NCBI GenBank assembly: GCA_035645515.1
Contig: DASQML010000030.1
Coordinates: forward strand, 67,001-131,000
Length of the DNA stretch: 64,000 nt
DNA from: Microvirga sp.
GTDB lineage: Bacteria > Pseudomonadota > Alphaproteobacteria > Rhizobiales > Beijerinckiaceae
Reading direction: 5' to 3'
Shown here: piece after piece, positions 8,912-17,586 of the stretch
Layout of the letters: each line of letters opens with the position of its first letter
Numbering within the stretch: the stretch's first letter is position 1
Made by a program: the position numbers and the translations under genes
The notes under the pieces: model-generated
Told to the model about the DNA's origin: nothing
What the model saw: only the letters and a program-made list of their open reading frames with translations
Database searches by the model: none

Positions 8912-10228
8912 TCAATCCAGCGGGCGGCCGCGCGTCTCCGGCATCACGACGACATAGACGAACAATCCAAGCGCCGTGAGGCCGATGAGGTAGGCGGACA
9001 CGTAAGACACGCCGCCCAAGCCGTGCAGCCATGCGGTCATGATCGGCGCCGTGCCGCCGAAGATCGCAGCGCAAAGCGTCTGCGGAATGCCGATACCCGA
9101 TGTGCGCACATAGGTGGGAAACAGCTCCGCAAGGATGGTGCCGGCCACGGCGCTGTTGACGGCGATCAGAAGCGCGCTCACGAGGGCAACGAACAGATAG
9201 GTTGCGAAGTCGGGCGTGCCGGACAAGAGCGACAGCAGTGGATAGGTGAGAAGCACGAAGCCTGCGGCCGACGCGACGAGAAATGGCTTTCGTCCGTGAC
9301 GGTCCGACAGCCAGGCGAAGAGCGGGATTCCCGCACAATAGACGGCCAGGGCGGCCATGTTGCCGGCAAGGCCCAGGGAGCGGTCCAGCCCGCCGATCAT
9401 GTTCGCGTAGGTGGGCAGGAACACGAGCCAGAGATAATAGTGCACGCCGATCAGCTGGATGGCGAAGACGATGAACGACTCCTTCGGATGTCGCGCCAAT
9501 GTGCTGAAGATTCCCGCGACGGTGATCGTCTGCTGCGCGCGCGTCCTCAGGAAAGCAGGCGTTTCCTGCAGGTTGCGGCGCATGAACAATCCGTAGAGCG
9601 AAGCCAGGCCGCCGATCAGGAACGGTACGCGCCATCCCCAGAGGGTGAGCGTCTCCTGCGTGAACAGGGAGGTCGTCAGGCTGGCGACCGTGGTTGCCGC
9701 CAGAACGGCCAGGCCGACCACCATGTATTGCGGCGAGGCTGCAAGGGCGCGATGCCGCCGCGGCGCATGTTCGTTCAGGAATGCGATGGCGATCTGCGCC
9801 TCCCCGCCGGCGGAGAAGCCCTGCAGGAGACGCGCCGCGACGATCAGCAGGGGAGCCGCGATGCCGATCTGATCGTAGGTGGGGCACAGGCCGATGACGA
9901 GGCTGCCGGTGCCCGCCATCAGGATGGTGGCCGAGAGAAGTGTCCGGCGGCCGTATTTGTCGGCCAGCGGACACAGCACGATGGCGCCGATGGGGCGTCC
10001 GAGAAACCCGATGGCGAAGGCCGAGAAGCTGGCGATGAGCGCGGCGGTCGCGCTGCTTGCCGGAAACATCTGCCTTGCAAAGACGGCGGCCAGGAAGCCG
10101 TAGATGGACCAATCGTACCATTCAATGAAGTGCCCGACGGATCCCCCGACGATCGTCCTCGCCTTGCTCGGCGTGTCTGCCCCTGCTGGAGCGTTGACGG
10201 CAAGGGAGGCTTCGGCGTTGTCGCTCAT
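8912..10228 (-). CDS. MFS transporter, metabolite:H+ symporter (MHS) type
   Basis: Twelve-TM profile with GRPIGAIVLCPLADKYGRR and a LAELFPTYVRTSG-type motif. The start is placed at ATG 10228 (MSDNAE) after GGGGGAA, because the track start at 10243 is a TTG. Confidence 0.85.
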   Translation of the reverse strand: MSDNAEASLAVNAPAGADTPSKARTIVGGSVGHFIEWYDWSIYGFLAAVFARQMFPASSATAALIASFSAFAIGFLGRPIGAIVLCPLADKYGRRTLLSATILMAGTGSLVIGLCPTYDQIGIAAPLLIVAARLLQGFSAGGEAQIAIAFLNEHAPRRHRALAASPQYMVVGLAVLAATTVASLTTSLFTQETLTLWGWRVPFLIGGLASLYGLFMRRNLQETPAFLRTRAQQTITVAGIFSTLARHPKESFIVFAIQLIGVHYYLWLVFLPTYANMIGGLDRSLGLAGNMAALAVYCAGIPLFAWLSDRHGRKPFLVASAAGFVLLTYPLLSLLSGTPDFATYLFVALVSALLIAVNSAVAGTILAELFPTYVRTSGIGIPQTLCAAIFGGTAPIMTAWLHGLGGVSYVSAYLIGLTALGLFVYVVVMPETRGRPLD

Positions 10229-10505
10229 GACGTGTTCCCCCAAACTGGTTTCCCCTGCGGGAGACCTCGCCGGTCATTAGCCGGCGTATTTCTTGATAGG
10301 TTATATTATTTATAGAGCAGTGATAGTGTTTTTGGGCCGCCGGTCAATCATTTTGCGTGGCTTCCAGGCTTTCCGGGGCTTGGTTCCCGGTGCTTGCATC
10401 CGCTCCCGAAGGTGAACTACGGATGGTGCACCCGGTGCGAGGCGGCAGCAGAGGCCTTCGTTCGACCTCTCCCGGGGCAGCACCTTCTTTCCTAGGACGC
10501 ATCTC

Positions 10506-11684
10506 TTGGAACAGTTCGACGTTGTGGTGATCGGCGCCGGAGCCGCAGGCATGATGTGCGCGGCGGAAGCGGGAAAGCGCGGTCGCTCGGTACTTATCCT
10601 CGATCATGCGGACAAGCCCGGCGAGAAGATCCGCATCTCCGGAGGCGGGCGGTGCAACTTCACCAACCTCAATGCCGCGCCCGCCAACTACATCTCGCAA
10701 AACCCGAGCTTCTGCATCTCGGCGCTCCGTCGCTATACCCAACGCGACTTCATCGCGCTCGTGGAGCGCTATGGTATCGGGTATCACGAGAAGACGCTCG
10801 GCCAGCTGTTCTGCGACGGTTCCTCGCGCCAGATCGTCGATCTCCTCCTCAACGAGATGAAGCAGGCAGGCGTCGAGCTGCGCCTGCACACATCGGTGAC
10901 GCAGGTGGACAAGACGGGCGAGGGCTTCCACCTCCAGCTCTCCCATGGGGCCGTGCGATGCCGCTCCCTCGTGGTGGCGACGGGCGGCAAGTCGATCCCG
11001 AAGATGGGCGCAACCGGGTTCGGCTACGATCTCGCGCGCCGGTTCGGCGTAAACGTGCTCGAGACACGGCCCGCGCTCGTTCCGCTCACGCTGGAGCCGT
11101 CGATGCTGGAGCGGCTGTCTCCTCTGGCAGGCGTCTCCGTCGACGCGGTCGTTGCCTGCGGCAAGACGAGGTTTGCCGAGGCGATGCTCTTCACCCATCG
11201 CGGCCTGAGCGGTCCGTCGATCCTGCAGATTTCGTCCTATTGGCGTGAAGGCGCGGAGATCGTCGTGTCCATGCTGCCCGGGGTGAACCTGTTCGAGGAG
11301 CTGCGTGCGGCGCGCGCGCGCAACGGCCGGCAGGCCCTTCAGACGGCGCTGGCCGAGTTCCTCCCCAAACGCCTCGCGCAACTCATCGCCGAGACGGAAA
11401 AGGGACCTCCCAACCTCGCCGATTATTCCGACAAGCACCTGCGCCGCATCGACGAGGCGGTCAACCAATGGCGCTTCAAGCCTGCGGGCTCGGAGGGCTA
11501 TCGAACGGCCGAGGTGACCCTGGGCGGCGTCGATACGCGCGAGCTCGATTCCAGGACCATGGAGGTCAAGTCGGTTCCGGGCCTCTACATGATCGGCGAG
11601 GTGGTGGACGTCACCGGCTGGCTCGGCGGTTACAATTTCCAATGGGCCTGGTCGTCGGGATGGTGCGCGGGGCAGGCGGTGTGA
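10506..11684 (+). CDS. HI0933/YhiN-family NAD(FAD)-utilising flavoprotein
   Basis: FDVVVIGAGAAGMMCA Rossmann motif and ISGGGRCNFTN, the hallmark of the HI0933/BaiN-like family. The apparent start is a TTG at 10506. Confidence 0.85.
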   Translation: MEQFDVVVIGAGAAGMMCAAEAGKRGRSVLILDHADKPGEKIRISGGGRCNFTNLNAAPANYISQNPSFCISALRRYTQRDFIALVERYGIGYHEKTLGQLFCDGSSRQIVDLLLNEMKQAGVELRLHTSVTQVDKTGEGFHLQLSHGAVRCRSLVVATGGKSIPKMGATGFGYDLARRFGVNVLETRPALVPLTLEPSMLERLSPLAGVSVDAVVACGKTRFAEAMLFTHRGLSGPSILQISSYWREGAEIVVSMLPGVNLFEELRAARARNGRQALQTALAEFLPKRLAQLIAETEKGPPNLADYSDKHLRRIDEAVNQWRFKPAGSEGYRTAEVTLGGVDTRELDSRTMEVKSVPGLYMIGEVVDVTGWLGGYNFQWAWSSGWCAGQAV

Positions 11685-11813
11685 GAGGCTGGCTCGGTTC
11701 ATCCTCCGGGCATCGCACTCAGCGCATGCCTGCCATCGCTCGAAACCTCGGCCCCCGACCCTAGCTCTTGGGAGCCCGCGCCCGACGATCCGTCCCTGAC
11801 CAGGAGAGCTCCC

Positions 11814-12794
11814 ATGCAGACACGCCAACTCGGACAATTGAAAGTCTCTGCCATTGGCCTCGGCTGCATGGGCATGTCGGAATTCTACGGGGGCAGGGAC
11901 GAAGATGAATCCATCGCCACGATCCATCGCGCGACCGAGCTTGGCGTCACCTTCCTCGATACGGCCGACATGTACGGCGTAGGCCACAACGAGGAACTCG
12001 TGGGCCGTGCGATCGAGGATCGCCGCGACAAGGTGGTGCTTGCCACCAAGTTCGGCAACGTTCGCGGCCCCAACGGCGAGCGCCTCGGCATCAGCGGCAA
12101 GCCGGACTACGTGCGCCAGGCATGCGAGGCGAGCCTCCGGCGCCTGAAGGTCGACGTGATCGACCTGTATTATCAGCACCGCGTCGATCCGGACACGCCG
12201 ATCGAGGATACGGTCGGCGCCATGGCCGATCTCGTGCGCGAGGGAAAGGTGCGTTATCTCGGGCTCTCCGAGGCCGCGCCGCAGACGATCCGCCGCGCGC
12301 ATGCGGTCCATCCCATCGCGGCGCTGCAGACCGAATACTCCCTCTGGAGCCGCGATCCGGAGAGCGGGATCCTCGACACTGTGCGCGAACTCGGCATCGG
12401 ATTCGTGCCCTATTCACCGCTCGGGCGCGGCTTCCTCACGGGACAGATCAGGAGCATCGACGATCTCGCCCCGGACGATTTCCGCCGCTCGGCGCCGCGC
12501 TTCCAGGGCGAGAACTTCCAGAAGAACCTCGATCTCGTGCATGAGATCGAGGCGATGGCGCGGGAGAAGGGCTGCGCGCCCGCGCAGCTCGCGCTCGCCT
12601 GGGTGCTGGCGCAGGGCGACGACATCGTGCCGATTCCCGGCACGAAACGCCGTGCCTATCTCGAGCAGAACGTGGGCGCTCTCGATGTGGGGCTGACGGC
12701 GGAGGATCTCGATCGCATCGACCGCATCATCCCGCCGGGTGCCGCCGCCGGGACGCGTTATGCCGCGTCGGGCATGCAGACGGTGGGGCGGTAA
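11814..12794 (+). CDS. aldo/keto reductase
   Basis: [31 protein letters not shown] and VPIPGTKR are canonical AKR motifs. Confidence 0.9.
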   Translation: MQTRQLGQLKVSAIGLGCMGMSEFYGGRDEDESIATIHRATELGVTFLDTADMYGVGHNEELVGRAIEDRRDKVVLATKFGNVRGPNGERLGISGKPDYVRQACEASLRRLKVDVIDLYYQHRVDPDTPIEDTVGAMADLVREGKVRYLGLSEAAPQTIRRAHAVHPIAALQTEYSLWSRDPESGILDTVRELGIGFVPYSPLGRGFLTGQIRSIDDLAPDDFRRSAPRFQGENFQKNLDLVHEIEAMAREKGCAPAQLALAWVLAQGDDIVPIPGTKRRAYLEQNVGALDVGLTAEDLDRIDRIIPPGAAAGTRYAASGMQTVGR

Positions 12795-12800
12795 TCAGGC

Positions 12801-13979
12801 TCAGGCCGCGGACGACTCAAGTCCGTCCGTCTCGTAAAGCCGCCGGATCAGCTCGTTCACCTCTTCCTGGGTCTGGTAGATTCCGAACCCGATCCGCAGG
12901 CGGTCCCCGCGCACGTCCGTGACCACATGGATGTTCTGGAGCGTGCGGTGCGCCGCCTGGGCCTTCGGGGTTTCGAAGGTGAGAAAGTTGCCGCGCCGCG
13001 CCTCGTCCCGGGGCACGACGAGGCGGGCTTCACTCAGCAGGGCGCAACCGGAAGCCTGTTGGAGAAACTGCTCCTGCAGCGCCTTCGCATGGGCATGGAT
13101 GATCGCCGGCGTGAGGCCTTCCTCCCGCAGCCAGCGCATCACGGCATTGAAACGATAGAGACCCGATGGATCGAAGGTGGAGCCCATGAAGCGCCAGCCG
13201 TCGCTGCTGTAGCCGACTTGGCTCCCCTGCGCATGGGTGAGATGGCCGAAGGCGGCATACCAGCCCGTGTCACGCGGGCGCGGTCCCCAATCCGGCGGGC
13301 AATGCATGAAGCACGCCCCTTCGCCTGTCATGGCATATTTGTACCCGCCCGCGAGATAGAAGGCTCGGTCCGCGACGCTGCTCAAGTTCGTCGGACGTGC
13401 CATGAAGCCATGGTAGCCGTCGATCACCACCATCGCACGCTCGCCCGCCGCTTCCACCAGCTTTCGCACATCTGCCGCGAAGCCTGAATTGAAGAACACC
13501 TGGCTGACGAAGACGAGATCGGCATCGGTTTCGCGCGCAGCTGCGGCGAAGCGATCCTCGAAGCTCGCAAAAGGCTCCGTCGCCACCCGTGTGACGCTGA
13601 CGGCGTTGCCTTCCTCCAGGCGCGCGATCTGCCTGCTGAAGGAGTGGAACTCGCTGTCCGAGGTCAGAATGCGAATGGGTCCGTCACCCGGAAAGCAGGA
13701 CAGGATGCGCTTGAGGAATTCATGGGTGTTCGGGGCAACCGCGATGGTACGGGGATCGGGCAGGTTCAGCTGCTCCGCCACATGCGTGCGGAACTCCTCG
13801 AAGACGGGGCCGAGCACGCGCTCCCACTTGTCGTCGATGAGCCGCGCCGCATCATCCCAGGCCTGGAGATGCGCCTCGCGTGTCACGTCAGGCCAGGGAT
13901 GGTGACTATGCGCCGCAAAATGCAGGCGCTCCGGTTCGCTCTTGAGGAAACGGGAGAAGTGCGAGCGGAGATCGAGCAT
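12801..13979 (-). CDS. kynureninase-like PLP enzyme (aminotransferase class V fold)
   Basis: GGYKYAMTGEG resembles the kynureninase PLP-lysine segment, and the C-terminal DRLRIGFGIYQTQEEV resembles the kynureninase tail. The gene lies immediately downstream of kynA on the same strand. Confidence 0.7.
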   Translation of the reverse strand: MLDLRSHFSRFLKSEPERLHFAAHSHHPWPDVTREAHLQAWDDAARLIDDKWERVLGPVFEEFRTHVAEQLNLPDPRTIAVAPNTHEFLKRILSCFPGDGPIRILTSDSEFHSFSRQIARLEEGNAVSVTRVATEPFASFEDRFAAAARETDADLVFVSQVFFNSGFAADVRKLVEAAGERAMVVIDGYHGFMARPTNLSSVADRAFYLAGGYKYAMTGEGACFMHCPPDWGPRPRDTGWYAAFGHLTHAQGSQVGYSSDGWRFMGSTFDPSGLYRFNAVMRWLREEGLTPAIIHAHAKALQEQFLQQASGCALLSEARLVVPRDEARRGNFLTFETPKAQAAHRTLQNIHVVTDVRGDRLRIGFGIYQTQEEVNELIRRLYETDGLESSAA

Positions 13980-13994
13980 GGTGACGCCTGTTGA

Positions 13995-14819
13995 CTAGAG
14001 CTGGCCCCGCACGGACCAGAGCTCCGGGAAGAAGGACCGCTCCAGCGCCTTGCGCAAATACGTGACGCCGGTGCTGCCGCCGGTGCCGCGCCGCATGCCG
14101 ATGATGCGCTCCACGGTCTTCATGTGGCGGAAGCGCCATTGCTGGAACGCGTCTTCGAGATCCACGAGCTCTTCCGCCAGTTCGTAGAGATCGAAATGTT
14201 CGCCGGAATGGCGGTAGATGTCCTCCCACACGGCTTCCACGCCAGGATGGGCAACGTAGGGCTGCGTTACGTCGCGATTGAGCACCTCGTGGGGCACGAG
14301 ATAGCCGCGCCGCGCCAGGAGGCGCAGAGCCTCGTCGTAAAGGCTCGGGGCCCGATAGGCCGCGTCCATCTGGGTTGCGATGTCGCTGCGGTGCCGGTGC
14401 GGCGCCATCTTCATCTCGTCCTTGGCGCCGAGCTTGAATTCGACGAGCCGGTATTGCCAGGACTGGAAGCCGGATGAGCGGCCGAGCGCCGGACGGAAGC
14501 TGAGATAATCTGAAGGGGTCATGGTGGAGAGCACCGTCCACGCCTGGATCAGCTGTTCCTGGATGCGGTTGATCCGTGCGGTGCACTTGAAGGCGGGCTG
14601 CAGTTCGTCGGCGCGCAGATGGGCGAGGGCGGTATCGAGCTCGCGGTTGAGGAGCTTGAGCCACAATTCCATCACCTGATGAATGGTGATGAAGAGAAGT
14701 TCGTCGTGTTCGGTCGTCAGGGGCTTCTGGGCCGAGAGGAGCGTATCGAGCTGGAGATAATCCCCATAGCTCATGCCGTCCTCGAAATCGGTGTGGATTC
14801 CCTCCGTGTCGGCCGCCAT
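13995..14819 (-). CDS. kynA: tryptophan 2,3-dioxygenase
   Basis: MSYGDYLQLDTLLSAQKPLT..HDELLFITIHQVMELWLKL and GTGGSTGVTYLRKAL are TDO signatures. Start ATG 14819 follows GGGAGGG, and the rest of the 496-aa track ORF is read-through. Confidence 0.9.
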   Translation of the reverse strand: MAADTEGIHTDFEDGMSYGDYLQLDTLLSAQKPLTTEHDELLFITIHQVMELWLKLLNRELDTALAHLRADELQPAFKCTARINRIQEQLIQAWTVLSTMTPSDYLSFRPALGRSSGFQSWQYRLVEFKLGAKDEMKMAPHRHRSDIATQMDAAYRAPSLYDEALRLLARRGYLVPHEVLNRDVTQPYVAHPGVEAVWEDIYRHSGEHFDLYELAEELVDLEDAFQQWRFRHMKTVERIIGMRRGTGGSTGVTYLRKALERSFFPELWSVRGQL

Positions 14820-14993
14820 TCCGCCCTCCCTGGTCTGACCTAGGCCCCAATCTCTTGTTTCCTCGGGGGCTGAGGAAGGGAGATAGGGCATGGGGCGAAC
14901 TATGTCACCAGGGGCGCGTGGATGGAATTGGCATCGGCGCCGCGAGAGGGTAGGTTGCGGGCCGATTTGACCTCTTTCTGGAGAACCTTGCCT

Positions 14994-15236
14994 ATGGCCG
15001 ATGCGCTTCCCGACCGCCTGTCCACCAATCCCAACAGTCCGTATTACAACGAGGAACTTCTGGCCAAGGGCGTGGGCATCCGCTTCAACGGGGCCGAGAA
15101 GACCAACGTGGACGAGTACTGCGTCAGCGAGGGCTGGGTCCGCGTGATCGCCGGCAGCGCCAAGGACCGCTTCGGCAATCCCATGACCATCAAGCTCAAG
15201 GGGAAGGTGGAGCCCTATCTGCAGTCCACGGACTGA
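14994..15236 (+). CDS. DUF3297-family protein
   Basis: PDRLSTNPNSPYYNEELLAKGVGIRFNGAEKTNVDEYCVSEGWVRV...KLKGKVEPY matches my recollection of DUF3297 proteins. Confidence 0.65.
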   Translation: MADALPDRLSTNPNSPYYNEELLAKGVGIRFNGAEKTNVDEYCVSEGWVRVIAGSAKDRFGNPMTIKLKGKVEPYLQSTD

Positions 15237-15351
15237 AACCGGCCCCGCCCTGCACCGAAACGGCGGCGCGGGGCTGGACAGGGCGCGGGCGCGCCCAACA
15301 ATGAAGGACAAGCTTGCTGAGAAGGGCGTTCTCAAGAAAGGCTTGTCCTGC

Positions 15352-15657
15352 ATGGCCTCACGGCGGGGTGATAGGCGGATCCGGATGATCGCTGTCGCGG
15401 CGGCCCTTCTCAGTGGACCGCAAGCGCTGGCGCACAGCTGGTATCCGGCCTGGTGCTGCAACGACCACGATTGCCGCGAACTCATCGCCGCCAGAGGCGA
15501 AACGGTGCTCGAGACAGAAGACGGCTACCGCCTGTGGGACGGGCGCTTCGTCGGGCGCGAATACACCAAGGCCTCGCCGGATTCGAAATTCCACATGTGC
15601 GAGGAGCACACGACGAAGGCGATCATCTGCTTCTTCGTGCCTCAGGGACAGTCGTGA
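15352..15657 (+). CDS. small Cys-rich secreted protein (about 90-100 aa)
   Basis: Signal peptide IRMIAVAAALLSGPQALA followed by HSWYPAWCCNDHDCREL...HMCEEH...IICFFVP, with six Cys. The start is ATG 15352 or 15385. Confidence 0.6.
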   Translation: MASRRGDRRIRMIAVAAALLSGPQALAHSWYPAWCCNDHDCRELIAARGETVLETEDGYRLWDGRFVGREYTKASPDSKFHMCEEHTTKAIICFFVPQGQS

Positions 15658-16349
15658 GGGTGCTCCGCGCCGTCACGGTCTCCTGCCTTTTGCTGTCCGC
15701 AGCCGTCGTTTCCTTGTCCGGGCCGTCGAACTCACAGACGCCGGCAGAGGCATTTCTGGAAACCGCAGGCCCGCAGGGCTTGCCCGCCATCGGCAAATGG
15801 ATGCTCACCGCGCAGGGCGTGCCCTCGGATTGGCTGGGCGAGGTCTATCAGGGCCGCATCCTGCGGGAGCCCATCAACGTGATCATCGTCGACAAGGCTG
15901 CCGCGAGCCCGGACGATGCCGTCGCGCGCCTGCTCAAGGCAGCCGCGCAGGCCGGCTACCCGGTCCGCTTCGGCCACTCCACCGGCTATCAGGCCGTGAT
16001 CGGCGCGGAGCTTCATGCGCAGCTGCCGAAGGGCTGGGACGATGCCTTCTCCGACGAAGTCTTCGAGTTCAGCAACAATCACGGACGCATCTTCGGCCCG
16101 TATCGATGGGAGCAGGCCTATCTCTTCACGGGAGCCTTCAGTCGCGAGCGCGTGGACCCCTTCCGATGGCCGGGGCACCGCTACGCATCCTTCAATCAGG
16201 CACGAGACGATTTCGCTGAAAAGCTGGATCGGAGCACCGCTTACAAGGCATCGGGCTCCGTGCCGCTCGACAACGCTCTTGTGGACGATCCCACACTTAC
16301 GACCGGCGATCACGACGGCAGGGCCGTCGTCCTGCGTGTTGGACCCTAG
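15654..16349 (+). CDS. secreted hypothetical protein, possibly LssY-C-like
   Basis: The GTG at 15654 overlaps the upstream TGA as GTGA. Signal-like VRVLRAVTVSCLLLSAAVVSLSG. The core EPINVIIVDKA...NNHGRIFGP... loosely recalls the LssY C-terminal domain, but this assignment is weak. Confidence 0.6.
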   Translation: MRVLRAVTVSCLLLSAAVVSLSGPSNSQTPAEAFLETAGPQGLPAIGKWMLTAQGVPSDWLGEVYQGRILREPINVIIVDKAAASPDDAVARLLKAAAQAGYPVRFGHSTGYQAVIGAELHAQLPKGWDDAFSDEVFEFSNNHGRIFGPYRWEQAYLFTGAFSRERVDPFRWPGHRYASFNQARDDFAEKLDRSTAYKASGSVPLDNALVDDPTLTTGDHDGRAVVLRVGP

Positions 16350-17371
16350 GCCATCGCGCCTGAAAGGAAACCTGCGAACGCCTTCGGATCCACGTTGCCG
16401 CCGCTGATGATGATGCCCACGCGCTTGCCCTTGCAGGGCGCGACGCCATGAAGGGCCGCCGCGGCAGCAAGGCAGCCGGTCGGCTCGACGACGATCTTCA
16501 TGCGTTCGGCGAAGAAGCGCATGGTGTCCACCAGCATCTCGTCGGAGACCGTCAGCATGTCGCTCACCAGCGCGCGGATGATCGGAAATGTCCTCTGGCC
16601 GATATACGTGGTCTGCGCACCGTCGGCGATGGTGACCGGCACGGGAATGCGCACGATGGAGCCTGTGCGGAAGGATTGCTGCGCGTCGTTGCCGGCCTCC
16701 GGCTCCACCCCGTAAATGCGGCAGGAGGGCGAGAGTGCCTGCGCGGCCAGGGCCGAGCCTGCGATCAATCCGCCGCCGCCGACGCAGACCAGCAGCATGT
16801 CGAGAGGGCCGACTTCCTCGATCAGCTCCTTCGCCGCCGTGCCCTGGCCCGCGATCACGTCGTCATGGTCGTAGGGCGGAATGAGCGTGAGGCCACGCTC
16901 GGCCGAAAGCCTGCGGCTGATCTCCTCCCGGTCCTCCGTGTAGCGGTCGTAAAGCACCACCTCGCCGCCATAGCCCTTGGTGGCGGCCACCTTCATGGCC
17001 GGCGCATCCTTGGGCATGATGATGACCGTGGGTACGTTCTGCAGCTGACCCGCATAGGCGATGGCCTGCGCGTGATTGCCGGAGGAGAAGGCTACGACGC
17101 CGCGCTGCTTCGCATCGTCCGAGAGCCGGGCAATGGCGTTGTAGGCGCCGCGGAACTTGAAGGCGCCGCCCCGCTGCAGGTTCTCCGCCTTGAAGAAGAG
17201 CTTGGCACCGGTGCGCTCGTCCGCGGTGCGGGAGGTGAGAACCGGCGTGCGGTGGGCCACGTTGGCGATGCGCCACGCCGCCGTGATCACGTCGTCATAG
17301 GTGGGAAGACCCGGCTTGCCGGCGGCGGAGGATTCGACTGCGCTGGCGGGAGAACTGGTCATGGTTGTCAT
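16346..17371 (-). CDS. PLP-dependent threonine/serine dehydratase family enzyme (serine racemase / hydroxyaspartate ammonia-lyase-like)
   Basis: FFKAENLQRGGAFKFRGAYNA (PLP lysine) and the GGGGLIAG glycine loop. The start is placed at ATG 17371 after AGGAA. Confidence 0.85.
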   Translation of the reverse strand: MTTMTSSPASAVESSAAGKPGLPTYDDVITAAWRIANVAHRTPVLTSRTADERTGAKLFFKAENLQRGGAFKFRGAYNAIARLSDDAKQRGVVAFSSGNHAQAIAYAGQLQNVPTVIIMPKDAPAMKVAATKGYGGEVVLYDRYTEDREEISRRLSAERGLTLIPPYDHDDVIAGQGTAAKELIEEVGPLDMLLVCVGGGGLIAGSALAAQALSPSCRIYGVEPEAGNDAQQSFRTGSIVRIPVPVTIADGAQTTYIGQRTFPIIRALVSDMLTVSDEMLVDTMRFFAERMKIVVEPTGCLAAAAALHGVAPCKGKRVGIIISGGNVDPKAFAGFLSGAMA

Positions 17372-17439
17372 CTGTTCCTGGAATGGGTCAGCCGGCGCTT
17401 GAATGGTCAAGGTCGCTGAAGCAGGCATACCACTTATGG

Positions 17440-17455
17440 GAGCTTGTACAAGCTC
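17440..17455. promoter_or_regulatory. perfect 16-bp palindrome GAGCTTGTACAAGCTC in a divergent intergenic region
   Basis: Read directly. It lies between the starts at 17371 (-) and 17587 (+). Confidence 0.3.
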
Positions 17456-17586
17456 ACCAGTGGATGCAAGGTCGCTTGGGGGCCCGTGAGGAACACGGTC
17501 CGACCGTACGCTACGACAAGAAGCCTTACGATCCGGTCTGACGCACCGGCTGTGCGCCCGTGTAGCCTCCATTCGAGGAGGTGGTC

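Noticed and set aside
10344-12311. 655-aa ORF on the minus strand, and similar long ORFs at 6082-7365(+), 17434-18768(-), 41624-43273(-), 43804-45492(+), 44834-46426(-), 47416-48804(+), 50624-52012(+) and 55909-57597(-).
   Set aside because: Each lies antisense to, or in an alternate frame of, genes with unmistakable family signatures (HI0933/AKR, ilvD, RTX, ispH/thrB, peroxiredoxin/DsbD_N, GGDEF-EAL, thrC, ctaD). Their translations are Arg/Ala/Gly/Pro-rich with no motifs, which is the usual stop-codon-poor artefact of high-GC DNA.
14820-14891. A longer kynA starting at ATG 14891 (MPYLPSSAPEE...).
   Set aside because: ATG 14819 is directly preceded by GGGAGGG and gives a 274-aa product typical of bacterial TDO. 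The extension has no conserved look.
17490-17514. Other GGAAC-containing EcfG-like hits: GGAAC-N16-CTAC here, GGAAC-N16-CGAT at 36586-36610 (minus strand, upstream of the LysR gene), and GGAAC-N16-CGCT at 45166-45190.
   Set aside because: The -10 element deviates from CGTT in each, and such near-matches are expected by chance in 64 kb of GC-rich DNA.
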